This document shows positions 28,012-38,855 of a stretch of 64,000 bases of DNA, piece after piece. A program made the position numbers and the translations under genes. Origin of the DNA: an uncultured Methanosarcinales archaeon (lineage in GTDB: Archaea; Halobacteriota; Methanosarcinia; Methanotrichales; Methanotrichaceae). Within the stretch, counting starts at the first letter, position 1, and every line of letters begins with the position of its first letter. Below the pieces are notes generated by a model. That model was not told the origin of the DNA. It saw only the letters and a program-made list of their open reading frames with translations, and searched no databases. The stretch lies in NCBI GenBank assembly GCA_963843555.1, contig CAWJKV010000007.1, forward strand, positions 128,001 to 192,000, in the 5' to 3' direction.

Positions 28012-28060
28012 TTCATAACAATTCATATATTTATGAAGACGCCACAAATATCTATATCTG
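28012..28060 (+). promoter_or_regulatory. 49-bp conserved promoter element, copy 10 (BASS-MFS unit)
   Basis: TTCATAACAATTCATATATTTATGAAGACGCCACAAATATCTATATCTG. Confidence 0.8.
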
Positions 28061-28138
28061 TTCAAAGCGAAATATATGGACCGTGGAACCGCCCGCTATT
28101 AGAGAGAATGATAGCAGGACTCGGGAGCTGAACTACCT

Positions 28139-29005
28139 ATGACTCAAATAGATCCTTTCTTGATCGCCATAGGCACTTTGGGAGTGCTGGTCTTCATCAT
28201 CACCAGCATGGTTGGTATGGGCTTCAGCCTGACAATTCCTCAAATCATGGCTCCTCTCAAGAATAGACGGCTGGTTCTGTCTTCCTTAGCGGCCAACTTC
28301 GTAATAGTACCCATCCTGGTATTATTGATCGCCCGGGTCCTCCCTCTGTCAGAGGGGCTGCAGATCGGCCTGATTCTGACAGGCATGGCGGCAGGTGCGC
28401 CTTTTCTTCCCAAGCTGGTGCAGGTGGCCAAAGGCGACATGGCCTTCACAGCAGGGCTGATGGTCCTGCTCATGGTGGCAACTGTTGTCTACTTGCCCAT
28501 AGTCCTGCCGTTTGTATTGACCGGAGTGCAGGTCAGTCCCTGGGAGATCGCCAAGAGCCTGATTTTTTTAATGTTAGTCCCGCTGGCGATAGCACTCTTC
28601 GTTCGAGCCAGATATGAAGAAGTAGCTAAGGGTCTCATACCTACCATGACCATGGCCACCAATCTATCTCTTGTGGTCTTGTTCATCGGATACTTCGTGG
28701 CTTACTTCAGCGAGATCATCGGGACGATTGGGACAGGAGGGATTCTGGCAGCCATCCTCCTCATCGTGGGAGCCGCTGCTGTGGGATTTCTGCTGGGCGG
28801 AAAGAGCATGGATACCAAGAAGGTCCTAGCCCTCGGAACCGGTCAGAGAAACTTGGCGGCTGCATTTGCTGTCGCCACCAGCAACTTCGCAACCGATCCC
28901 GAAGTCCTGGTAGAGATTATGGTGGTGTCGCTTATGGGATTGGCTATATTGATGGTCATTGCCGGACAGCTTGGCAGGCATGGCAAGGCAACTGAGGTGT
29001 CCTGA
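28139..29005 (+). CDS. Bile acid:sodium symporter (BASS) family transporter
   Basis: SMVGMGFSLT, LAANFVIVP, AAGAPFLPKL..VAKGD, LGTGQRN. Confidence 0.9.
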   Translation: MTQIDPFLIAIGTLGVLVFIITSMVGMGFSLTIPQIMAPLKNRRLVLSSLAANFVIVPILVLLIARVLPLSEGLQIGLILTGMAAGAPFLPKLVQVAKGDMAFTAGLMVLLMVATVVYLPIVLPFVLTGVQVSPWEIAKSLIFLMLVPLAIALFVRARYEEVAKGLIPTMTMATNLSLVVLFIGYFVAYFSEIIGTIGTGGILAAILLIVGAAAVGFLLGGKSMDTKKVLALGTGQRNLAAAFAVATSNFATDPEVLVEIMVVSLMGLAILMVIAGQLGRHGKATEVS

Positions 29006-29070
29006 AAATTATTCTGCATCCTTTTCGAACACACTACCGATCAATATAATAAGTATGAACATGCAGTTTT

Positions 29071-30564
29071 ATGAAAGAAAATCGATTCGGGAGAGAGCCA
29101 TTTATGGAAAAAGCCGCCTATAGGGCATTGATCCTTCCGCTGGCACTTGGACAGTTCATCTGCAGCTATGCCGGCTCAAATATGAATGTGGCCATCAGTG
29201 CCATAGCCGAAGATCTGGGAACGAGCGTCAGTGGAATTCAAGTAACGATCACGCTCTTCACCTTGACCATGGCTGCCCTGATGATCCCCGGCAGCAAACT
29301 GACAGACATCTGGGGACGCAAATTCTGCTTCAGGATCGGCCTCATTATTTACGGTGTGGGGGGGCTGATAGCGGCGCTCGCATCATCCCTGGGCATCCTC
29401 ACCCTTGGCTATTCCCTGCTGGAGGGTATCGGCTCTGCATTTTTAATCCCACCCATCTATATCTTGCTCACGGTCTCTTTCCCCGACGTGAAGTCACGAG
29501 CCAAACAATTTGGTATTGTAAGTGCCGCTGCAGGAATCGGATCTGCGGCTGGACCATTGATCGGCGGTTTTGTCACAAGCGCCTGGAGCTGGCGAGCTTC
29601 TTTCATCTTACAGGTCCTGGGGGTCGCATACATTCTCTTCCTCAGCAGGCGGATTGCTGATCCCGGGATAACAGGTCCAAAGCCTCATTTCGATCTACTT
29701 GGAGCTGTCCTTTCAGCTGCCGGTCTGTTCTTTGTTGTGCTTGGCGTACTTCTATCCTCGACGTATGGGTGGTTCACGGCTGCAGAGGATTTCACAATAG
29801 GGAATACTGTCCTGATTCCAGCGGGTGGAATCTCGCCTCTTTGGGTGTCTGTTGCCATAGGCGCCGTTATCCTCCTGTTGTTCTTCTTGCACATCAGATC
29901 CAGAGAACGACATGGCAAGGAGCCCCTTGTCGCAACCCATATATTCCGGAACCGCACCTCTAACCTGGGGCTGGTGACACAAAATGTCCAATGGCTCGTC
30001 CTGCAAGGAAGCTTCTTCGTAATCTCTGTCTTCCTGCAAACGATCCGCGGATTCGACGCCATTCATACGGGCCTGATACTCACAGCGACGACTATCGGCA
30101 TACTGATCTCCTCGATGGCCGCAAGGAAGCTTGCGCTTAAGCATTCTCAAAGGAGACTCATCCGGGGTGGCTTTATTCTCACCATCCTTGGCATAGTCCT
30201 TCTGTTGTGGCTGGCAAGTGCTACCTCGCCCATCCTTAATTTCGTCCCCGGTCTCTTTTTGATGGGACTGGGCATTGGGGTCATGCTGACTTCATCGGTC
30301 AATGTCGTGCAGTCCGCCTTCCCAGAGAAAGATCAGGGTGAAATATCGGGAGTATCGCGAAGCGTTTCGAATCTGGGATCCGCGCTGGGCACTTCAATCG
30401 TCGGCTCAGTTTTGCTGATGACGTTCCTCCCGGAGACCAAGACTTTTGGTCTGGCGCTCATCGTGATGACCGTCATTGCTGGAATTGGTCTGATCGCAGC
30501 GATCCTCCTTCCCCCCGATGTTGTTCAATCTGATAAAGCCGGTAAACCTGGGGAAGCGGTTTGA
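29071..30564 (+). CDS. MFS transporter (DHA2/14-TM type)
   Basis: GSKLTDIWGRK motif A; AAGPLIGG; about 14 TMs. Confidence 0.9.
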   Translation: MKENRFGREPFMEKAAYRALILPLALGQFICSYAGSNMNVAISAIAEDLGTSVSGIQVTITLFTLTMAALMIPGSKLTDIWGRKFCFRIGLIIYGVGGLIAALASSLGILTLGYSLLEGIGSAFLIPPIYILLTVSFPDVKSRAKQFGIVSAAAGIGSAAGPLIGGFVTSAWSWRASFILQVLGVAYILFLSRRIADPGITGPKPHFDLLGAVLSAAGLFFVVLGVLLSSTYGWFTAAEDFTIGNTVLIPAGGISPLWVSVAIGAVILLLFFLHIRSRERHGKEPLVATHIFRNRTSNLGLVTQNVQWLVLQGSFFVISVFLQTIRGFDAIHTGLILTATTIGILISSMAARKLALKHSQRRLIRGGFILTILGIVLLLWLASATSPILNFVPGLFLMGLGIGVMLTSSVNVVQSAFPEKDQGEISGVSRSVSNLGSALGTSIVGSVLLMTFLPETKTFGLALIVMTVIAGIGLIAAILLPPDVVQSDKAGKPGEAV

Positions 30565-30571
30565 ATATCGT

Positions 30572-30598
30572 AAAGCGGCGGCTGAGGCCAGCCGCTTT
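30572..30598. terminator. Hairpin between convergent MFS and glycosidase genes
   Basis: AAAGCGGC...GCCGCTTT inverted repeat. Confidence 0.45.
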
Positions 30599-30690
30599 CA
30601 CGAAGAGCTGCTGATAGTTCTTCAAAGCAGTGGGGAGAGGCAGATCACACAAGGATAAAAAAAGGTGATTGGACACTCTACGAATGGTTT

Positions 30691-33415
30691 TTACTTCTTT
30701 TTGGAACCGGAAGTGAACGCCGCTCTTGTCCCCGAATTGAGCAATTCATCTGGATCCAGATTGCCGAAAAGGTGAATGAGCTCGGCCACAAGCCCTGTCC
30801 AGCCGGTCTGGTGGTTCGCACCCAAACCCGCTCCGTTGTCTCCGTGGAAATACTCGTAGAACAGGATATGGTCGCGCCAGTGAGGATCGGACTGGAACTT
30901 TTCGGTCCCGCCGAAAACAGGCCTCCGGCCATTTTCGTCCTTTAAGAAGATGCGTTCAAGGCGATCGGCGATTTCTTTGCTTACCTCGAAGAGATTCATC
31001 ATCTTTCCTGAACCTGTCGGGCACTCCACCTTGAAGCTATCTCCATAATAGAGATAGAATTGAAGAAGCGCTCTCATGAGAAGGATATTTACCGGGAACC
31101 AGATTGGCCCGCGCCAATTGGAGTTTCCGCCAAACACGCCGCTGTCCGACTCTGCTGGGAGGTAATCTACCCTGTATTCCTTGCCTTCCAAGTAGAATAC
31201 ATAAGGATGCTTCTCATGGTACTTGGAGAGGGAGCGTATCCCATAGGGGCTGAGAAACTCATCTTCGTCAAGCATTTTGGTAAGGACCATCCTCAGCCTC
31301 TCCGGCTTCAGCAGGGCGAGAATTCCCCTATCAGCTACGCCAAGATGTTCAAGTCCCGTGGGATGGATTGATTCCATCAGTTCAGGCATTTGTTGCATGC
31401 GCTCGCGCAGGTGAGTCATGACACGGGGGATGCGATCCCTTTGCCACTTTTCAATTTGAGTTGTCGCACATAGGGGGAGAAGCCCAACCATTGATCGTAC
31501 TTTCAGCCGCTTGGAACTGCCGTCTGGAAGTCGGAGGATGTCATAGTAAAAGCCGTCTTCCTCGTCCCACATCCCTTCCGCACCCGGCCGGTTCATGGCT
31601 GCGGCGATCCACACGAAATGATCTACGAACTTCTCGGCCATTGCTTCATAAGTGGAGTCGTAGCTGGCAAGCTCCATTGCGAGTTCGGCCATATTCTGGG
31701 AGAAGAGGGCCATCCAGGCTGTGCCATCTGCCTGCTCCAGGTATCCGCCGGAAGGAAGAGGAGCGCTTCGGTCGAAGACGCCGATGTTGTCGAGTCCCAG
31801 GAATCCGCCCTCGAACACATTTTTGCCAAAACGGTCCTTGCGGTTCACCCACCAGGTGAAGTTCAGCATCAGCTTGTGAAAGGCTGCCTTCAGGAAATCC
31901 ATGTCCCCCTCTTCTTGCAGGGCCTTCTCGGTGCGGTGGAGGAACAGAGTCGCCCAGGCGTGAACAGGCGGATTCACGTCGCTGAAGTTCCACTCGTATG
32001 CCGGGATTTGGCCGCTTGGGTGCAAGTAGAGCTCGGTGAGCATGAGATCTAGCTGATCTTTGGCGTAGTCCGGGTCCACAATGGATAGCGCAATTGCATG
32101 GAATGCCAGGTCCCATGCGGCATACCATGGGTATTCCCATTTGTCAGGCATAGAGATGATGTCGTCATTTACCATATGGAACCAATCACGGTTTCGGAAC
32201 TAGGCGGCTTGCAAGATGAAGCGGGTGGGCGTGGTGCTCCTCCAGCCACATGTCAGCATCAAAGTAGTAGTACTGCTTGGACCACAGCATGCCGGCCAGA
32301 GCCTGACGCATCACGTCTGCCTCTTCGGGAGAAACAGAGGCAGGAGTCAATGAACTGTAGAAATCGTCCGCTTCCTGCTGACGAGCCTGTAAGATCGCCT
32401 CAAACTCCTCGAAGGGATTATTCAGCTCTTCAGGCGGTGCCCGGACAAGACGCAGATACAAGACTTCTTCTTCTCCCGCTCCAATGGTCAGCTGGTAGTG
32501 AGCTGCGGCCTTTGTTCCGACAGCAGCAGGATTGATGGCGTCGGACTGTCCATGCACCACGAAGTCATTGATTCCGTCCTTGACAAACGGGCTGGCATTC
32601 TGGCCTCCGAAGAGCCGAAGGTTATTGGTCTCGTTATCAGTAAAGAGTAGCGGAGAACGGCCCAGGCCGTAAAGATAGTAATCGGGCAGTGAATCCCGGA
32701 ACTGGGGATCAGTGTGGTGCGCATGGATCACCCAGTCACCCGCTCCATTAATGGCTTGGAGCACAGGCTTGGAGCGGCCGCTGGACCATGACCAGGTATT
32801 GCGGAACCAGAGCGTGGGCAGCACATGGAGAGAGGCAGTCTCAGAGCCGCGATTGTGGATGCTAATCTTGATGAGCATATCTTCTGGGCCGGCTTTGGCG
32901 TACTCCACAAATACGTCGAAGTAGCTGTCACTGTCAAAGATCCCCGTGTCAATGAGTTCGTACTCCGGTTCTTTGCGGGAACGTCCGCGGTTAGTCTTCA
33001 CCAAATCGTCATATGGGTACGCCCTTTGGGGATATTTGTACAGATATTTCATGTACGAATGAGTCGGAGTGGAATCGAGGTAGTAATAGTACTCTTTCAC
33101 ATCCTCGCTGTGGTTGCCTTCGCCGTTGGTCAGGCCAAACATCCGCTCTTTGAGGATTGGGTCCTTTCCGTTCCAAAGCGCCAGGCAGAAACAGAGCATC
33201 TGGCGTTCGTCCGAGATTCCTGCCAGACCATCCTCTCCCCAGTGATAGGCGCGTGAGCGCGCCTGGTCATGTGTGAAATAGTCCCAGGCGCTGCCGTCTT
33301 CACTGTAGTCCTCCCGTACTGTTCCCCACTGACGCTCGCTCAGATAGGGGCCCCATTTTTTCCAGTCCGCTTCTTTGTTACGCGCTTCATCTAAACGTTT
33401 TTGTTCCGCGTTCAT
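30691..33415 (-). pseudogene. GH63-like (MGH1/mannosyl-oligosaccharide glucosidase-like) glycoside hydrolase split by one frameshift near 32195
   Basis: [22 protein letters not shown]-terminal half and MPDKWEYPWYAAWDLAFH...EYFHGDNGAGLGANHQTGWT C-terminal half in adjacent frames. Confidence 0.85.
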
Positions 33416-33438
33416 AATACCCTCCCTTAAATCCAATC

Positions 33439-35289
33439 TCAAAATTTCTTCTTTTCGATAAGAGTCCATGCTCTATTCACTTCAGCAACTGACCAGGCCT
33501 GAGAGATGCATCCATTCGGCCTGTGAGGTGCATCTGCATCAAAGACCTCGGGTATGGTGTTGAATCCTCCCATATCTGGCTTGATCAGAGCCTGAAGAAC
33601 TTCGGATGCTCGTTCTCTACTATCACTTGAGAAATCGTCAATCGCAAGCATGGCTTCCACGTAATGCCCCATCAGCCAGGGCCAGACTGTGCCCTGGTGA
33701 TAGGCCGCATCCCTTTGCTTGGGTCCACCCTCGTACTTTGGTATATACCTGGGGTCTCGAGGTGAGAGCGTCCGGAGTCCATACGGAGTCAGGAGATCAC
33801 GCGTTACCACCTCCAAAATGCTTCGTCGTTTGATTAACGGGAGGAGATCTGGGACGGCAGCAGCTATTATCTGGTTGGGTCTCACCGAGGCATCCTCCGG
33901 GTCCAGCACGTCAAAGAGACAGCCGTTCTCGGAATTCCAGAACATTTGAAAACTATTCTTGACCCTATTAGCTAGACTCGGGTCCCAGGATTCTTTCAAT
34001 GCCCGGGCAAGACCTTCCAATATTCCAAGACTCTTATACCAGAGAGCATTGATCTCGCAAGCTTTTCCGGCCCTGGGTGTGACTGGCACTCCATCCACTC
34101 TGGCGTCCATCCAGGTAAGCTGAGGGCCTGAAATGATGAGTCCGTCAACGTCCATGCCGAGATCCTCACCCTTGCCTGAATAACGAATTATCACCTCAAG
34201 AAGCTTGGGCCACATCAAGCGGATAAAATCCAGATCCTGAGAATAATTATAATAGCTGCCAACTGCATTTATGAACCAGAGGGAAGCATCTACGGTGTTG
34301 AAGGACGTAGCACCAAAATCGTTAGGCAGCACGCCGTTCTTCATGCCAGCAGCAAAGGCTTTCAATACTAATTTGGCATCCTCAAATCGTCCTGTGACAA
34401 GCAGCAATCCTGGGAGCGATATCATGGCGTCCCTTCCCCAGTCATCGAACCAATGATAGCCGGCAATTATGGACTTGGCTGGCCCTCTCTTTACAATGAA
34501 AGAATCTGCAGCCCAGGACAGCTCAGGAACAGGCGATGTGATTGATTTCAGCCTGGAAGTCTCCTTTGATAACGCCTCATCGACGCTGGGCATTGAAGTC
34601 CTCGAAGTTGTTGCCATTATACAGAAGGTATCATCGCCCTCCAATTCTTTCTCGAAATAACCCGGGCTGAAGAGGTCTTCTCTCCAGGAGAAACCACGCT
34701 CTCGCTCGATGTCGTACTCAAAGTTGTTATATGTCAGCTCTTTCGGCATGAACTCTGCCTCATCCGAAAGAAGAACGATCCGGCAGTTCGATTCCAAAAC
34801 GGTCCCTCTTTGCAGGGGGTATTGTTTTGTATCTGATAGTGGAGATACAGCATGAAAGCTGCGGCAGTGCACCAATGGAGTGATGCGTATGGTGCCCTGA
34901 ATCCCTTTGATTCTGTAACAAACCAGAGTTGTATTCTCTCCATGTATCATGAAGATATTCTTTTCAATAAGCCCGTCTTCTATTTCATAAATATAATGCG
35001 GAAATGGATCGAGACGGAACTCTTTCTGGAACCTGAACCCTTGCGGGTGGATTATGCCTGGATATTGATGATTCGCCAGCTCGTATCCGTTCAGCTCCTC
35101 ATCCAATGATGAGAGCAATAGTCTCCTATCTGTGGGGGGATCGAGTGCTGCCACAAGAAGGCCATGGTAGGCACGGGTGTTGGTGCCATAGGCCGTGGAG
35201 GAAGCATAGCCTCCCAGGCCATTGGCGATCAGCCATTCGCGTCTTTTTCCTGATTCGTAATTCGTTGGATTAAATTCAGTTTCCATCAT
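33439..35289 (-). CDS. Glycogen debranching enzyme (amylo-alpha-1,6-glucosidase, archaeal type)
   Basis: REWLIANGLGGYASS, IAGYHWFDDWGRD, LTWMDA, AYHQGTVWPW, QAWSVAE. Confidence 0.92.
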   Translation of the reverse strand: MMETEFNPTNYESGKRREWLIANGLGGYASSTAYGTNTRAYHGLLVAALDPPTDRRLLLSSLDEELNGYELANHQYPGIIHPQGFRFQKEFRLDPFPHYIYEIEDGLIEKNIFMIHGENTTLVCYRIKGIQGTIRITPLVHCRSFHAVSPLSDTKQYPLQRGTVLESNCRIVLLSDEAEFMPKELTYNNFEYDIERERGFSWREDLFSPGYFEKELEGDDTFCIMATTSRTSMPSVDEALSKETSRLKSITSPVPELSWAADSFIVKRGPAKSIIAGYHWFDDWGRDAMISLPGLLLVTGRFEDAKLVLKAFAAGMKNGVLPNDFGATSFNTVDASLWFINAVGSYYNYSQDLDFIRLMWPKLLEVIIRYSGKGEDLGMDVDGLIISGPQLTWMDARVDGVPVTPRAGKACEINALWYKSLGILEGLARALKESWDPSLANRVKNSFQMFWNSENGCLFDVLDPEDASVRPNQIIAAAVPDLLPLIKRRSILEVVTRDLLTPYGLRTLSPRDPRYIPKYEGGPKQRDAAYHQGTVWPWLMGHYVEAMLAIDDFSSDSRERASEVLQALIKPDMGGFNTIPEVFDADAPHRPNGCISQAWSVAEVNRAWTLIEKKKF

Positions 35290-38017
35290 GATTCTTCCTC
35301 TTCGCCAGATTGCTTGAATTTTGGAGTCGCTGGACGGTCCAGATCATCCATAATACTTTTAGCGTCTTCACGTCCGAATATGTCCAGGAGGACAGCGGTC
35401 AGACCGGTCCAACCCGTCTGGTGGCTGGCCCCAACACCCGCTCCATTATCGCCGTGGAAGTACTCATAAAACAGGATCAGGTCTCGCCAATGCGGATCTT
35501 CCTGGAACCTGGCTGTTCCTCCGTAGACAGGCCGTCGTCCATTGGTGTCACGCAAAAACGTTCCTGTCAGCCGGCTCGAGATTTCCTCTGCAACTTCGAA
35601 CAGTGTCATGTACCGGCCGGAACCGGTCGGACATTGAACCCTGAATTCGTCCCCGTAAAAGCTGGACAGGTTCAATAGCGCGCGGATGATCAGAATATTG
35701 ACCGGCATCCACACTGGACCTCGCCAGTTAGAGTTCCCGCCGAACATCCCTGAATTAGATTCGGCCGGCAGGTACTGCACCTTGTACTCCTGTTGACCCA
35801 CCAAAAACGTGAACGGATGATCCAGATGATACCGGGAGAGAGAACGAATACCGTGAGGCCCCAGAAATTCATTCTCGTCCAGCATATAACCGAGAACCCG
35901 CTCAAGTTTCTCCTTATTGAGGATCGACAACATCTTCCGTCCTTTATATCCAGTGAAATCCTCGCCAATAGGAGCCACATGAGAGATTAGCCTGGGGTGG
36001 CGCTTCCGGAACAGGTCCATACTCTCCATCAGTTTCGGATAGCGAGTGACAGCATCCGCCGCGAACACCGTAGACGCGCACAGCGGCAACAGTCCGACCA
36101 TCGACCGTACCTTCAAACTGATCGCCTTGCCGTCCGGCAGTCGCAGTAGATCGTAGAAAAATCCGTCCTGATCGTCCCACATCTGGTCGTGATGCTCTCC
36201 GAGGCGATCCATGGCATAGGAGATCCACATGAAATTCTGGGCAAATTTGAAGGCGACCTCCTCGTACATGGCGTTGTATTCGCTCAGAATAAGGGCCATA
36301 TCCAGCATGCACTGGCAGTAGAACGCCATCCAGGCCGTCCCGTCCGCCTGCTCCAGCGATCCACCAGTGGGAAGCTGCGCGCTCCGGTCGAATACGCCAA
36401 TGTTGTCCAGTCCCAGAAATCCTCCTGCGAAGGCATAGCGCCCGGAAGAATCCTTCCGGTTAACCCACCAATTAAAGTTCAGCATCAATGCCTGGAACGA
36501 TTGTTCCAGGAAATGAATATCAGCCCGGCCTAGCTTGCGTCCCATTTTGTAGAGGTAAAGCGCTGCCCATGCGTGCACTGGAGGATTTACATCGCTGAAG
36601 TTCCACTCGTAGGCTGGAATTTGCCCGTTGGGGTGTAAGTATTGATTGTGCAGCAGCATCAGAAGCTGTTCCTTGGCGAAATCGAAATCCACCAGTGCCA
36701 GGGAGAGTAGTGTGGAAGGCCAGGTCCCAGGCCGCATACCAGGGATACTCCCATTTATCCGGCATTGAGATCACGTTGGCGTTGATCATGTGAAACCATT
36801 CCGTGTTCCGAACGCCAGGCCTGGCTGATTCGAGCAGCGGATGGCTCTTATGATCGTACAGCCACTGTTCCACGTCGTAGTAGTAATACTGCTTGCTCCA
36901 CAGCATTCCTGCCAGCGCCTGGCGGTGCACCCGGCGCTCGTCTTCGCTAAGCGTTTTCGGGGTGATACTCTGGTAGAATTCGTCAGCTTCTGCAATCCGG
37001 CTTTCGAATACCCCTTCGAAGCCACTGAAGGCGTCGCCCTGCAGGCGGAGCGCCGAGCCGCAAGCGGACCGTTTGGCTGCCGCCGCCGGGCACTTCAAGG
37101 ACGTAGTGGGCTGCGGCCTTGGTCCCCACTCGAGCTGGATTCACCGCCTCCCCCTGTCCCGAGATGATGTAAGCGTGGAACGCATCCTTGACGTAAGGAG
37201 AAGCATTGGTCTGACCCCAGAGACGCTGCATATTGCTCTCATTCTCAGTGAAGAGCAGCTCCGGGGCCCCATCGCAATGCAGCCAGTAATTGCCAAGCTC
37301 ATGATGTGCGGCTAAAATCGCGCCCGGCCCCGCCTCGTGCAGGGAGGGCTTTGGATCGTCCTGGCCCCACGACCAGGTGTTCCGGAACCACAGCGTCGGC
37401 AAGAGACGGAGCCGGGCCGCTTCGGGCCCGCGATTGTGAACGGTTACACGTATGAGTATGTCTTCTGCATCACTCTTGGCATACTCCACGAACACGTCGA
37501 AATAGCGGTCCTGGTCAAACACGCCCGTATCGAGCAGTTCGTACTCGGACTCCTCCTGCGACCGTCTCCGGTTCGTCTCGACCAGGTCCAGATAGGGAAA
37601 CTCCAGCTGCGGATATTTGTACAGGTACTTCATGTAAGAGTGGGTGGGAGTGCTGTCGATGTAGAAGTAGTACTCCTTTACGTCCTCCCCATGGTTCGCC
37701 TCGCTGTTGGTCAGGCCGAACATCCTCTCTTTGAGGATAGGGTCGCGCTCGTTCCACAGCGCAAGGGCGAAGCACAGCCTCTGCTTCTCATCGCAAATTC
37801 CCCCCAGCCCGTCCTCCCCCCACCGGTAAGCCCGTGAGCGTGCATGGTCATGGGGAAAATATTCCCAGGCGCTGCCATCCTCGCTGTAGTCCTCGCGGAC
37901 CGTGCCCCACTGCCTCTCGCTGATGTAGGGTCCCCATTTCTTCCATGGAATTCCCGCATCGTGCGCCTCATTCAATCGCTTCTGTTCCGCTGTGTCGATC
38001 TTTTTTTTCTTTGCCAT
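35286..38017 (-). pseudogene. Second GH63-like glycoside hydrolase, split by frameshifts near 37040 and 36705
   Basis: Three overlapping ORFs (36983-38128, 36520-37098, 35286-36737) reassemble into a full paralog of 30691-33415. Confidence 0.85.
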
Positions 38018-38265
38018 TGTCTTCCCTGTGAGTAGCGAATACGCAGTTGATGGGGTTCCTCTATCTTTCTTGGCCTTGATTGCAAACTTACGTGGCTTCA
38101 GACAAACAGCATTGCTTTGGGCGGCCATTAAGGGAAAAATGCCCTACTCGCCTCATACATGGGCGAGCGGGTCGGGTAGCCAACCAGCTCAGTCGTTCTT
38201 AATAGCCTTGGCTTACCACCCTATCCTCCTGGACAATCTTATGTAGAAATGCCCAAACTAGTGAA

Positions 38266-38385
38266 TCATTTCTCTTCTTCTTTCTTGGCTTGATCTTGAG
38301 CTTTTGCCTCTTTTTTTGCTTCCTTTTTGTCCCTATGATGTTCAACGCCCTTTGCAGCTACTGCAGCTCTCACTAATCTTCCCAT
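38266..38385 (-). CDS. Small 39-aa Lys/Glu/Ala-rich protein
   Basis: GGAGG RBS; MGRLVRAAVAAKGVEHHRDKKEAKKEAKAQDQAKKEEEK; first ORF after element copy 11. Confidence 0.65.
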   Translation of the reverse strand: MGRLVRAAVAAKGVEHHRDKKEAKKEAKAQDQAKKEEEK

Positions 38386-38480
38386 GCTCAAATCCTCCAC
38401 ATAGTCTTAGTTATCAAAATCAGCCTCAACGAGATATCAAGTATGGCTGATTTGACGCTGAGAACTCTTATACCTTAAAG

Positions 38481-38529
38481 TATTTATAAACATTTAATCC
38501 TGACACATAAAAGTATGAAAAATTATGAA
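38481..38529 (-). promoter_or_regulatory. 49-bp conserved promoter element, copy 11 (small ORF and glycosidase block)
   Basis: Minus strand TTCATAATTTTTCATACTTTTATGTGTCAGGATTAAATGTTTATAAATA. Confidence 0.8.
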
Positions 38530-38579
38530 TCGTGAAGCCGTGGATATTTATAGGAATTTTATTATCTAATAAGGCTGTC

Positions 38580-38664
38580 GTTTCGGAGATGCAGCAGTCT
38601 TGATCACGTCTGCGGCAACTATGATTTCCATAGTCACCAGAAGGGATTTCTCAATTATGGATTC
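38580..38664 (-). pseudogene. DUF1622 gene remnant
   Basis: Minus strand ESIIEKSLLVTMEIIVAADVIKTAASPK vs KERIGKSLLLTLEILVAADVIETVAFSK of 26892-27338. Confidence 0.7.
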
Positions 38665-38855
38665 GTGCCGGCTTGAGAATCACAGCGCCTTTTCATATTT
38701 TCGAATGTTCGTGCTACACACCCGGCCCCGGGCCTACAGCTCTCAATCGAGTGTAGGGCGCCAAACGCCAAAGTTTTGCTGTTTGGTGCCCATTCTTCTC
38801 TTACTTCAGCTGTTACTTGTTTGCCAAGACCTGCTCATTCTTTGCTTCCTCCCGA

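Noticed and set aside
32170..32215. Pyrrolysine (TAG) readthrough joining the GH63 halves
   Set aside because: The halves are in different frames, so a frameshift is needed, not stop readthrough
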